Assembly (NCBI GenBank): GCA_973895155.1
Contig: OZ316893.1
Span: 12,850,359-12,914,358 of the forward strand
Length of the DNA stretch: 64,000 nt
From: Marsupella aquatica
Taxonomy: Eukaryota > Plantae > Marchantiophyta
Direction of reading: 5' to 3'
Shown: piece by piece, positions 1-13,300 of the stretch
Layout of the letters: each line of letters starts with the position of its first letter
How positions within the stretch are numbered: the stretch's first letter is position 1
Notes under the pieces: model-generated
Database searches by the model: none
Told to the model about the DNA's origin: nothing
What the model saw: only the letters and a program-made list of their open reading frames with translations
Made by a program: the position numbers and the translations under genes

Positions 1-200
1 ATTGTCAGAACAGTAAGTCTCCTCTGTCTGTCTCCCCCCCCCCCAACCCCTTCGAAGGCTTGCTGGTGTAGATTGTGAAATCAACACTTGATTGTAGTCT
101 CAGGTACGTAGGCGGTCTGTGTATGTCTCCTACAACGGAATCGTAACAGTATCAGATAGTTTCTGGTACAGTTTTCCCATCCAAGGATTCTCTAGCATGC

Positions 201-2489
201 ATGGAGGATAATCATTTCATCACTGCAGCCATGACGATGAAACGAAGAGCTGGCTGGGGTACCTGCGGTACGAGTGGGCGCGCTGTGGCGATGCTTTTAC
301 TGCTGATAGTCTCCTGTGCAACCTCATCGACTGCACAAGGGAATCATTCCGTCTGCCAGACACTAGACCCTTCCCCCACACTCACACCATTTATAGACGC
401 TCTGCCTATTGTCGCATCGATTGACATTTCAAATCCTGACTGCCAGTTGACTTTGGGCACTTACAAAATCACCCAGGTACGTGTTACTCTCTGTTTTCAG
501 CCTGAGTAAAATTGTCAATGTGATAGGTGTATATAGGGTAGGGAAGCCCGCTGGTTCAACTCTGATCACTCAGATAATGTGCTTTGAAATAGTTCTTGTG
601 AATTTGAAGAAGCCAGTCGTAAGCGATTTAATTACGCTTCATCTGATCGTCCACACAGGAAATTCTTGTCCATAGCTTTTCAGCCACACCGAAAGGTGTG
701 GGACAAAGAAAAACCAAGCATGACAATAGAAATTTAAGTGGGGCATGATTTAGTCGTGTCACATTCGGAGTTACTTTACCTACTTTACCTATAGCTTGAC
801 GTGATACTCGATGCTGAGCGTGAACAAGATGCCTGTGGGGTGGATTCACATACACCATATATCGTGGCTATTCGCTCAGTCTCGTTGATATGTTTCCTGG
901 ACAATTGTATGCTTAATTAGTATCGTGCTCTAATATGTGCATGGCTTTGATTCCTGCAGAAGATGCACTCCGAGCTTCCTCCAACAACGTTGTATGCATA
1001 CGGAACGAGTCAGCACACAGCAACGGTTCCAGGGCCATCACTTGAAGCCACTCGTGGAAAGCCATCCAAAGTTCGGTTTGAGAATCACATCAGCGACAAA
1101 AATCCCTTCCTGCAAGTAGACCGAACCATTCACTGGGCCAATCCACCCAACGGCGGTGTCCCTACTGTGACGCATCTTCATGGAGCAGAAGCACTGAGCG
1201 ACTCTGATGGAAATCCAGATGCTTGGTTCACAAAGTTCGGTGACAAGGGCCCTAAATTCGTCACTCAGAATTACACCTACGCGAATTCGCAGCCTCCCAC
1301 TCTCCTTTGGTATCACGATCACAGTGTCGGAATGACCCGTATTAATGCTCTGGCAGGCCTCGCTGGGCTCTACTTTATTCGGTCACCCGAGGAAGAACCT
1401 CAAGATCTTCCTTGTGGGAATTTTGAAGTTCCTCTTGTCATTCGAGATATGCAATTTTGGCCGAACGGATCCATCAATTTTCCGGACATCGGAAATTCAC
1501 CATCTTATCATCCAAACTGGTGCCCAGAGTACTTTGGAGACACCATACTCGTGAATGGCAAGGCCTGGCCTTACCTAAATGTTTATCCGGCGAAATACCG
1601 ATTTAGGATGCTCAATTCAGCGAACGCTCGATTCTTCAACTTCTCGCTCAGCGACCCCTCCCTTGTTTTTACTCAAATTGGTACTGATGGAGGCTATCTG
1701 CCGTACTCTCAAGATCTCTCTTCGCTTCTTATGGCTCCAGCTTACAGAGCAGATGTGATCATAGATTTCTCGAAGCTCACCCCCGGGCAGTCCGTGTACA
1801 TGAACAACTCCGCCGCAGCTCCATTTCCAAGTGGGTCGGAAGATTTCAGCCCTCCCCAGATCAACTCAGTGATGGAATTCAGGGTCATTGAGACGCCTTC
1901 GGATCTGACGATCCCAAAACAAGTGATCCCGAAGGATTTTGGGCCGGATTCTGCTCTACCTCGCAAGTATAAAACAGATCAAGGGGACTACTACCGATTT
2001 TTGAGTTTGGTAGAGTATGATGATCCTGAGGGCAATCCCATCAGGTCTATTTTGGACAACCACACCTGGGAGGAACCTGTAACTGAGACTCCTACAATTG
2101 GAACCGTGGAAATCTGGGATCTGATAGACCTCACGCCTGATGCGCATCCGATTCATATTCATCTCATCGATTTCTTGATGGTATATCAACAGCCATTTTG
2201 CCAAGATTGTTACACAGCTGGCAACTGCTCTCTCCAGGTGCAGTTTCCTGATCCCGGCAGCTGCTTTACGCAACCTCCCCAGGAACCAGACGCGAGTCAA
2301 GTGGGATGGAAGGATACAGTCATTGTGTACCCAGCTGCTGTAACCAGGTTCTGGACAAGGTGGACTCCTCGTCTGGGTGGGGACTTCCCGTTCGATCCCA
2401 CTGCGTATCCTGGGTATGTCTGGCATTGCCATATTCTGGATCACGAAGATAATGATATGATGAGGCCCATGCGTCCGAAGTGGAAGTAG
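201..2489 (+). CDS. LPR1: Secreted multicopper oxidase, LPR1/LPR2 (CotA/bilirubin oxidase-like) family; exons 201-476 and 960-2489
   Basis: Exon 1 has a hydrophobic signal peptide and LTPFIDALP. Phase-0 intron 477-959 (CAG|GTAC ... TGCAG|AAG ATG) joins YKITQ to KMHSELP. Copper motifs THLHG, WYHDH, HPIHIH and WHCHILDHEDNDMM, plus WCPEYFGD. Confidence 0.93.
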
Positions 2490-3758
2490 ACTTCCGTTGA
2501 GTAACTTCACCGTTCATTTCGTCCGTATAGTTCTTTAATAACTTCACTATTCATTTTGTATAGTTACATCATTAGTTGCTTTCAAACGAAATCATCGTAC
2601 GTTTCTGCAGTGGTCTGAACACTCCGTGTACGATGAGGATTGTACATAATTTCAGTTCCCGTATGCAATTTTTCTTCAGAACGTAGATAATTACTTGTTT
2701 CATAGGGCTACCGAAGAGATTGAATTCGGGATTGTCCACCACTGAATACATGATTTTCGAATTAACACTGACCAGCTCAGCTGTTAGAAAGGGTATAATT
2801 GTTGATAAGAACTTTAACAATTAAGGTGCAACCCTTGCGCGTCTTCCCTTTGTTGCAAGCTGTGTTTTTATTTTTTTTGCATGCCAAATGATGTCAATTC
2901 TTTGTAACGTGACAGTCAAGTTCAAATCTGTGCTCGGACGACTCTTAGAGTATTGTACGATTAGTCATCATCCCTTCCCCTGGGTAGTGGGCACCGCGCT
3001 GTCTTCCCCCCAATTACTCACTTTAACTATTCCATGGAATCTACAGCGAAGGCAACATCATTGCTTAGAACTAGAATTGTTCCAACTAGGATTGCCGATT
3101 GCGTACATGACTTGGTCAGAACCTCACTTCTGAGGAATTCCCCTCCAGGTCAACAGAATGGTCATGTTTGGTTCTCGTCAGTGCAATAGACATCCACCTG
3201 CATATGTCGCGGCCCTTCAAATTATTAGCTAAATAATCGAGAAGAACGCAAGGTTGAAGATAGTAGATGGAAGCAACATCAGAAAGGTATTGCTGCCGTC
3301 ATCTCCTCATAAAACAATCGTGGTATGCGAGTGGTTAGGATTTCAATCTTGCGAGAACAAAACACCAACTAAAAGCTATAAAATCTCCACGGTCATACTC
3401 TAATTCGAGCAAAGTTGTCGAGAGCGTGACTAAACCGCAACAGCGATTCATAAGTCGGTGGTCACGAAACAAAAATTATATTGTGCGCATGCAACTATGG
3501 AAGCATTTGTTAATTTATGGCTGATTTGGTACTGTCATCGAGCCCTGAAGACCAAGCAGCTCCTGACAGTCACGTGTCCAACACTTAACGAAGTCACGTG
3601 TATAATTATTGCACAAGACGATGACTCCTTTTCTCCACGAACAATGAAGTTTAGCTAAGCAGTTTCCTTACCCCCATAAATTAAATCTAATTAGATACAT
3701 TAACTTGTAATAAAACCCCGTAGTACAAACAGACCACTAAGTCAACACAAAACAAAGC

Positions 3759-3919
3759 CAGAATTTGCTTGATGGGACCCAAAATATTTGCATGATGGAC
3801 CTCAAAATGAAACCTCTTACTTGATAGGACCCTGATTGACCTTGAATCAACGTCCCCAACATTTCAGGGTCCTATCAAATAAGACAATTCATTTTGGAGT
3901 CCTATCAAGTAAATCCCTC
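3759..3919. mobile_element. MITE-like foldback element (possibly Mutator-derived)
   Basis: Ends GAATTTGCTTGATGGGAC / GTCCTATCAAGTAAATCC are inverted. Inner arms TTGATAGGACCCTGA / TCAGGGTCCTATCAA. Possible 9-bp TSD AAACAAAGC / AAACGAAGC. Confidence 0.5.
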
Positions 3920-4699
3920 AAACGAAGCATAGTGTTGGGTTTAACAACATTTATTGTTGGGTTTAACAAAATTCCACACAGGCCCAAAACAAAGAGAATC
4001 CAAGTCCTGCGTGAACAGGTCATTGGGTTCCTTTGGGAGCATCTGGAAAAATGAACAGGCCAGTTAACGTTCGTCTCAATCTTCCAACTAAGATATTGCG
4101 GACTATATAGATGCTAGCTTTCTCAATCTTCCAACTAAGATTTTGCATATACTTAATAAAATACGCTGGTGAGCGTTGTTTTTATCGACTTGTTTAAAAG
4201 CATGCCCATCTACAGTAGCACTTCAGAAGTATGAGCAAATACTATCCATTTGTCAAAGATCTTGTCCTTCGTTGCTACTGGTTTTATTGTTGCCATGGCA
4301 CTACGTATTCATTTCTCCAGAATCACTGCTGGAAAGACACTGAACTCAGTAGTGATCGTAGTAGTGATCGTCTTTGAAGGACGTAGGGCCCCAAGCAGAC
4401 AAAGGTGCAGAGCTATGGAGGCAAACCGTTGTTTATGGCGATTTTTGAGGATGTTTGAGCACAATAATGCTGAGTAGATAATTGTCTTCGCAGAAAGTAA
4501 GCTTTGCAAGTTAACAATCAGTGTAGCTAGACGAACCCTACACTCATTGCATCTTCCTTTATGAGAACTTTCCAACTCACTGTTCAAGTTGATCAACAAA
4601 AGTTGTTCGGTGATTGCAAGTGAGGTTGAGTTGCATCAAGGGGCGTCCACTGATCTTGCGTCAAATCGGGCGTCAAATGTTGTTGTCGACACATCATAG

Positions 4700-7600
4700 A
4701 ATCATTCTACAGTAGTTGGTTGCTGTCTGCACTGAAGTGCAGATGTCTCGTTCATGCGAACTAAGAAATCGGTGTGGCGGATCATGATGCACCACGCGTG
4801 GCACGTCATTGGATGTCTTGACCTTGATTAATCTTCGAGCTAGAGATTCTTCGAAAGATCATACTTTTCCTTGACCAATAGTATTTGAGACCATTAAATC
4901 AACTCAAGTTTCGTTTCGAGACCCTTAATTTCAACTTCTTTGCAAGAAGGTCGATCTACCTCCAATGTATGACACCCAAAATTCCAGTCGTTACAGTTAG
5001 CACAACCGCACAGATTTCGTTCGAAGGCCCCTGATTTTCTGAACACGCGCCAGCTAACGGACAAAGCAGTTTCGCGGATGGCCAAGCCTACATCCTACGT
5101 CCCAACAGACTCAAGCCAGCACAGGATGGCTACAGTGATGACCGGGAGCATTGTCTCCCGTAAATTTTCCAAGGCAAGACGATCTCCCTTTTTGTCTTGA
5201 CAAGAAAGCAGAGAATTGTTGCCATTCTTCCACCAGTCGCAAGTTTTGGTTGCTTTGACAATATTTTTATTGAAAACGAAAAGGTGCCTCAGAAGAGATT
5301 CATTCCCAGCCGGATTGACTGTTCAATAAAGTTCCGACATACTTTACCATGACTTCTTAATCTAGCGGTATCCCTACCAACCCTACCTTCAGTACGTTAT
5401 CCATCAGCCACAGGCGTCAGATCGATGCAGGCTGGGGCTTTCAAAAAATTGGTAGCTTGAAGTGCATATGCCAAGCCTTGTATCTGAGTCCAATGCCCCA
5501 ATTATAAACTGGCATCGCTCAATGATCTCAATGCCCGACTGAGCCAGCCTCTGAAAGTATCTACCACATCAATTACGCTGAAGTCCTAGGTCGAGCCTAG
5601 CGGACTACATCGATCCAACTCGTCAAGAGCGTGTAACAACAGGAATGCTATTCCTTCAAAGTGCCAACCCTCTTACTGCAAGATGGACAACCTCTTGCTT
5701 TGTTCATTCAATCTTTACTTTGGAGTCATAGAGTTCCTGGTATTACACCATCTTGACGAGTTGCGTTTCTGAAACTTCTGTTCCAGGAGACAGCTGCCAT
5801 GATCATGTTTTTAAAAATTGTTGCACATAACGTATTGAAACAGGGTCACTGTGGATGGATGGGCGGATCATGATCGATGGGAGCCAGGAGCCAGTAACCC
5901 TACCTTGATGAAGCCGTACAAGGGACCAACAGTCTTAGGTAAGATTGTTTTGTCGAACTTCATCAACCTAGCTTAATATTGTCAATCCTCTAGCTATGCT
6001 GTCTTTGAAATTTCTAGCTGGGTTTCACTGCCAAAAGGTGATTGTGAATACTCTACTTGACAGTTCTTGTTGAGATGGGAGTGGACGAGTACCACAAGTG
6101 ACCCTCCTTTCGTAGTAGTTCCTTAGTCTAGAGACTTTCTAACTAGATGGACGAGCAACGCGTAAAAACTTGAACAGCTGACAACTCGACGGAATTCCTT
6201 CAATGCACAATACATGACGATGGTGCAGCAGCAGCATTTACAAGGAAACTGGCAAAACATCATGATCGATCCGAGCCAGATGCCACTAACCCTACTGTCA
6301 TGAAGAGAACAAGGGACCAAAGTCTTCGGTAACATTGTTGTCAACCTTCGATTAGTCTTGCTCGAACGATGGCACGTACTGAGACTTAGCAAATGACCCT
6401 TCCGTGTATATGGCCACCGGAAAATACAAGCTTGAAACTGAGACAAATGGCCACTACTAGATTCAGCTAGAGCTTGCAATACTTTAGCTATATACCGTGA
6501 ACTGCATTGCAAGCGTGAACTTCTTTGCAAGAATGGCTAAAATCGTGGCTAAGCTGAAAGTAGGGCAGAGAAATGGGTGTTGATGACATTATATTCGCAT
6601 ACGTCCTGCACAGTACAACCGATGACAACTACAAGGCTGATGAGCAGGTTTGAACGCTGACAAGCTAATGTACCGGGATTCAGGCCGATACCGTAAAAGG
6701 AAACCTTCACAAGACCTACCTGCACACAGTCATACGGGGATCATTTGCTGATCAAACGTTCTCTCTCAACAGAGCTGCTGCAATGCGCAGGGGAGTCAGA
6801 TCACAACTCAAATAGAAAGAACGAAGCGGATCATTTACCTTGGCTAGCTGCTGGGAGGTTGGCTCCTTTCCCACTTGTTATATGAGTCTGTAGGCCACAG
6901 ACATAAGCTTAGGTACATCTAGGAGAGGCTGAGATTTCAATTGTCGGACGACGCTGAACAGAAACCGGCGTATCGCTATATCCAGGTCGGGCATCGGACT
7001 GCAAACTTCCCCAGGTACGACATGCGAAGGATTTGGTCAGCACAGAAATAAATAACCCTAACTAGGCAGAACCCAAGAAAAGAGCGGCGAACCAAAACGA
7101 ATAGAACCTTGCAACTGTAGATAGAACTCATTCTGCCGACACACGGCAGTCCCACTCCATTCCCTGCCGTTTGAAAATCCACATAGATTGCATTGCTCTT
7201 CTTCTTGCTCCTTCCACTGCGCGCTCCAGATGGTTGAGGTTGGATACTCCAACAGGAGGGAATGGAAGGGGACTGCCCACTGCGGCCCCCCTTGAACTTG
7301 GCTCCTCCTCTTACACAATGGCTCTCGCTGCAACAATCCTCCGTTTGCAGTTCTGCAATTCGTTGATTCCCAATGGCCCGGGGAAACGCCCTTTATCTCA
7401 CCTACTACCCTTGGATGGACATTTTGCTGACAAAGATTTGTAATATTTATGCAACCCAACGAAATCCCCGTTTTGCCTTCGTGGGATGCCCTGCACTCCG
7501 GCACAACCAACACTCACTCGCCTTCAGGACTCTTTCTACACATTTCCTTCTCCACGATACTCTTGCGAAACTACTACTCGACACGGAATTCATCCACCGT

Positions 7601-7900
7601 GTTTTCACAATGAGTACGTAGGAGGGGAAGGTCTCTCCCAGGGCGGGAGGTGACCAACCAGGTACACTGCACTAGGTCACAACACAACAGCCCACCGAGG
7701 CACTCCTTACTCCCTCTCTCCAATAAATCGGGGATCCAGCGCATGCTCTTCACCTCAAGACAAAGAACTGCAGATACCGGAAATTGCGTGCATACTCTAA
7801 GAGACTGAAGTACTGAACTCCATCCTCGTCCAAAGCACCTCCTTCCTTTGCGGGGCTCATGAGAGGAGAGACGAGAGTCCCTGCCCAACTGCCAACTGAT
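4700..7900 (-). pseudogene. Heavily degraded LINE (L1-like) ORF2 remnant
   Basis: Fragments resemble the post-RT GGLGL motif (GIGLRYKAW, ~5465-5500) and a zf-RVT-like W-R...CxxC...FGC stretch (4894-5085). Internal duplication ~5880-5950 vs ~6270-6340. No intact ORF; boundaries approximate. Confidence 0.3.
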
Positions 7901-9059
7901 TACTAGTAACACTCCTCCGTGATCGCATCGTACTCGCTTCGCTACTGATCACTGTTGGGTGTATATCTGTCGGTCTCATCACCGTCATCGCACGAGGAAG
8001 GAGAGCTGGAGAGGAGAGAGAATGAAATTGAGTGGACCTCAATCCTCATCAATCAGTTGTTCCCTTCACCAGCAACCTATGGCAGAAATCTATCGATCCA
8101 GTCCTGTAGCAATTTCCAAGCTGCCAACCGGTACGGGGAAGGGAGCGAGCAATGTCGCGTCAAACTCCGCTCCGAAACTTCGTCGATTCCTCGCCGTAGC
8201 TCCCACCCAGCCTCGATTCGACAAGTGGTCCCACACGCGTGAGCTACAGTCTTCTCATTTTGTGCTCATCATGACGACTGACGACGATTTGCATGATTCA
8301 GATTTTCAGGACTCCACAAAGTCCACAGTCCTCAGTTTTGCGACTTTGCGCTTTCTCTACTATGCCTCTAATTATGCCTTTTTCCCGACCAATTACCGAA
8401 TTCATCAATGCTCAATCCCTGATTACTGATAAGATAATTAGATTACTTAACGCTCAAATACAGATTACTGTACGGCTAGTTATAAATTACTGTACGGCTA
8501 GTAATATACCGGTACTTCAAAGTACACAAAAGGTCGTCCGTACGGAAAAGGATCTGTCTCGCGCTTGCAACCGTCAGATAATCAAGGACGCGTCGACGGA
8601 GGGGAAACAGACGTCGCTGGCGCAATTAGGAGGCGCCACGTATCTGAATTGGGATCCATCACCTTTACACTGTGGACGTGACAGCAACGCAGGTCTGCCA
8701 TGGAATCCGGGTCCCACCACTAGGAGTGGGAGTGACCGACCCCTACTTCCAGGGAACATGCATGGAATCAGGAGAAATTATGCCCACTACAGGGAAGAGA
8801 GTGCAGCCAATAGGGCCTGTCAAAGCACAATTGTAATTCAGTTACGACTAATAAGGACATAAAACATTGTTGCAATCATGACAAATTCACTTTAGTTCCG
8901 GGGAGAACTTTGACATGCCCTAGTAGTTGATAGGCAAATTATGCCCTAATCGGCAGCCAAGAGACTAAATGCTTGCTTGGACCATTCCCATGAACCTTGC
9001 AAGTTGCAACCGGTATAGATCTGGTTACTGTTGACCAGGACAGAACAGAGTCTTGTTTT

Positions 9060-9360
9060 TTAAAAGGCATTATCTGAGTCTAGAAAGATTTTGCAATGGT
9101 CTACATGGGTTGTCCTGCTTCATGAGTACATTTTGGCAAACATTTAGCTTTATTGGGCCTTCAGTTTTCAGCAGCCAAGAAACCAGATTTTCTTACAAAG
9201 GACAAGCATTATCTGAGTTTTGCAATGGTCCATATGGTGTGTTGCTTCATGCGTGCAAGGTTTTGCAATGGTCTACATGGGTTGTGCTGCTTCATTCCAG
9301 GCATTTTGGCAAATATGTAGGTTTATGGGGCCTTCAGTTTTCAGCAGCCAAGAAACCGCA
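9060..9360. repeat. Local tandem duplication of ~170 bp
   Basis: TTTTGCAATGGTCTACATGGGTTG...GGGCCTTCAGTTTTCAGCAGCCAAGAAACC occurs twice (~9088-9185 and ~9260-9358). Confidence 0.7.
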
Positions 9361-10277
9361 TTGTAAGGATTACCCCAAAACTTTTAGTCTTTCATTAGCC
9401 TGGTTACCTTCATCTGTGGGTAAAGATCTAGCACTAAGATGTGTCAGTAGAAGATATTACATAGGGTGAAAATAACAGTACATTCACCACCTGTCCTGAA
9501 GCGAATCCTTCTCAATTAGCTGTTGCACTCCCTCTGGAATCACTAAAACATACCCAGGAAGGCTCCTGGGTGTTTTGGGGTTGGTCTGGCAGTTCTTTTG
9601 TGATGGAGCAAGGGTTAGGTTCAACACAGCAGGTTACATGGCCCTGAAACACCCTTGAATTCTCATTTAACCTTTTGTGCATGGGGCAAGATACAATCTT
9701 AGAGCCTGATTGATCTATCAGCCAGGGTTTCAACTGTGGGATGATTCTAAGCTAACCTGGGTTAGCCTGTCTAACCCATGGTGGAAAAATATGGCAAAGT
9801 ACTAATTAAACAAAAAGAGGGAAAATACATTTAGACAAAAACAAATGGCAACCTAGTAAATCTCAGACTTTTATGCTCACATTAGTGGGAACTTTCAGAG
9901 CCTGCAGGGGAGTAATCATACTAGGGAGGTGTGAGACCATCAGGCTGTGAAGGTGCCTGGACAATTTGAACTTACCCTAGTAGGTCAAGTGTGTGGTTGC
10001 CACAAATTAATGGTAGAATTCACCTGAGTAAAGCATCCCAATCAAGCTTTTGAGCCATTTTCTTGGGCAATTGGTCCATCTCAAGGATGTGACCAAGTAA
10101 TATGTAAGTCTCAATCCTTCATGGGAGATCCCCTGGAATATAACCTAGCTATTTGGAAGATTGTGATTTAGAATGATCCCTCATGGTATACTAGAGCAAT
10201 TTCTCTCTAAACATGACAGTTCCAAAACATTTGAACATCTCAACTTCTTTAATTTAATTTATTGTTATTTTTAAAGG

Positions 10278-10382
10278 GGGAATCTGTGAAACCCCACCGA
10301 AAGGGAAGAGTCAACCACAATAGTTGAACCCAAGACCTATCAGTCTCTACTCTACCCCAAGATCATACCTCTCTGGGCCAAC
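10278..10382 (-). mobile_element. Dispersed SINE-like repeat, copy 1
   Basis: Similar to 36012-36125 (CTGTGAAACCCCAC...GAAGAG...AGTTGAA...AAGA...CAGTCTCT). The minus strand has a degenerate B-box-like GGTTCAACT and an A-rich tail. Confidence 0.4.
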
Positions 10383-13300
10383 TTCTTTATATTTTGAAGT
10401 CATCACATTGAGAAACATTAGGCTAAGCAATCATAGTCATCCTATTTGTATTAGCCTGAATGACCAAGCTTTGCTCATAAATTGATGGTGAGTACCATAT
10501 TGCCTGTTTATAGTTCCACACTCAACTGTAGTCCTGCCTCCACAGTCATAGTCAAGAGGCTTCACTCAAGACAGTAGCCCTTATCCTAGGTTTTGGTTGT
10601 GCTTTGTTAGATGGATTCTGCCTTGCAATTGAACAGGCAAAAGCACCAAATTCAACTTGTATATATTTTCATTGTCATCTATGAGGTGATCACAACCCCA
10701 TCCAAATTATTTGCGTGTTCAATTATAAGATGGAATTTTGAGCTTTGCTCCAATGACCTGCAAGTGACCCACTTAATATTCCTTGCTCGTATCTGCATTG
10801 ATTTAGCTGCAATGCAAACCCAGTCCACGAAAACTTTTGGGCATTAGACCTATTTGCAATTAAAGGTCATGACTGTTTTTTTTGGCAAATTAAGTTTTCA
10901 AAAAATAACCATCTGCAAACTTTCTTAACCCGGCATGATTGGTGCCTCTTTTTGGATGAAAAGTGGCATGAAATGAAGACAACAGCATGAAAGCAATGAT
11001 TTGTGGAAAATACTGGCAACACGATTAATGTGAAAAAAATCTCAAAAATAAGTGTGCCCCATCACTTACAAACGCCATGAGTTTACAGATATGTCTAATT
11101 ATTGGCATAAAAAATGCTAGGTAAGGAAAGACCATTTAGAAATTAGTTAGACAAAGGGTTTGTGCCATTGTAAGCACTGTAATGACTATTGCAGAGAAGA
11201 AAAATGAATCTCTGAAGCAGTGGGATATGAGTGTTCTTGAGCAGGCTTAAATGATAAAGACTCCGACTAGTGTACCAATTAACCTTACTTACAAGAACTA
11301 TTAGTTGCTCGGGTGTCACTTCTGGCAAGTCAGAGACTTGCAGCTCTCTCAGCTTCTTGTCAATGGCCTAAACAATTACAGTCATTAAGTTGATAAGATG
11401 TTCCAGGCAGCTTGCATGCTCTAAGATGAGGGGGAAATGAGAATAATATTTGGCTATCTGATCTGTATATAATTATGATCCGCCCAAGTAGGTTTTGAAG
11501 ATGACCATGAAGCTAGGATAAAATCATACAATATGCTCAGAAGACCACTTACTTCACTCTGCAATTTGTATTGTCGACAATGTCTTCGTTCATTCAAATA
11601 ATCTGCAACGACACTTTCCATGTTGTCGTGTGCAGCCTCAGTCTTGCAGCAGAGCCTGACTTGGTTGCTACTGGGTTTGCTAGCAGTAGCCATACTTGTA
11701 GAACTGTTCTCTACTTTGGGAGTGTCGCTTTCAGTACTAGTGAAACTCATAGCAGACTGGCCACTTTCATCTACATTGATACATAAATTGTTATTTTACT
11801 TATATATGTCCAAGCTAGCAGTCTGGTTAGTAGTGAAATCATTGTCCAGCCCATTTCCATTTTTAAATTTAGGGCTTGCAGGCAGTCAGCTTAATGACAT
11901 GGAATTGAAATATTTAATTTTGGTGGAAATGGATAGGCAAATTATTGAGCAAAGATCAAAACCATAATAGACACTCGACAAAAAATAAGGGCCATTGACA
12001 ATGAGGTGTAATTTCAGATTTAAAACAACTGATAGTAAGGGGGGCTTTACAAGACGGTGGGGGCCGTTCACTCTCTCTTCATCCAGAGCAAAGCTGATGG
12101 CCATTTCATTCCACAAAAGTTAAAATGCCTGAGCCAAAATGTGTCAGGTCTCGAAGTAATCAATGCAATTCCCTTAAAACAAGCGGCCGTTTGCTCCAAG
12201 TTTTTAGACCACCTCAAGAGGAGGTCTAAGTTTTTGACAAAAAAGCTTGCACACCTCACCAAAAGAAGGGACCCACAAGGGGCCCAGTGACAGATGACTA
12301 GGTTTGGTAATGCTTTTTGTTCATTGTGCCCCCAAGTTCATGTAAAGTGAAGTGTGACCAATTCCCAGATATGAATGGCTAAGATTGCATCTTTCACTTA
12401 GAAAAAATGGAATGGCTGCCCCCAAGTTCTTATAAAGCCCCCCTAACCCAACAGGTCAAACAGTACCATTAAGACAATCACCCAATCTTTCCAAAAGTCA
12501 ACAATAGAGACCAGCGAATGTTAATGAGGAGTCATCTGCTTTGTGTAGCTCACTTACCATGTCTATTTTGATATTGGAGAAGCTTATCATCAATTCCAGC
12601 TAACAGTTGAGAATCTTCTTCTGACATCTCAAACCCCTACACTAACACATTGTTAAACCAACAGTTGTAAATAATTGGCTTCATCAAGTGGAATAGCCAC
12701 CTAAATTTCATTAAAGTAGACTAAAGTATGAGTTTGTAGAAGTTGTCATTTTTCACAGATGAATAGAAAATACTTTTCTGTTGGGCCACAAGCAGTGTCA
12801 TTGGTATTGAGTTTGTGCTACCAAATCATATTGAGAGGAAGTCACACTCCCTCCCTCCTCTTCTATATCTGTTTGCTGCAATAACCTCTCCACAAGAGCC
12901 TCCTCTTCTGGCTAGCCCAACAAACAAGATACTTGAGTGAGATTTACAATTGAGGTAAAGTTGATGAGAATCCTAGGCCCAATTGTAAAGCTGGTTTTGA
13001 CCATTAATACTACAATTGCTCATTTAAATTCATTTGTTCTATGGCAAGCTGTACTTTAGTCTGAATTGCTAAACCAAAAAAAGTAATGATGCATTAAGTG
13101 CAAAAACAAGGTAGAGGAGATCGTGAGGTGAAAGAAAATTACAATTTACCTTGAGCATGAAATATCGAGAATTGGGGCCTAGTTTGATGTTCCTTAAGAT
13201 AAATCCTGTACAGTTTTCAGGTTGATTTTGATCCACACTTTCCAGAATTCGTCTTAATTTGCTAGCCTTCAGTCGTTGCTTCCTCTCGTACCTATGTCCA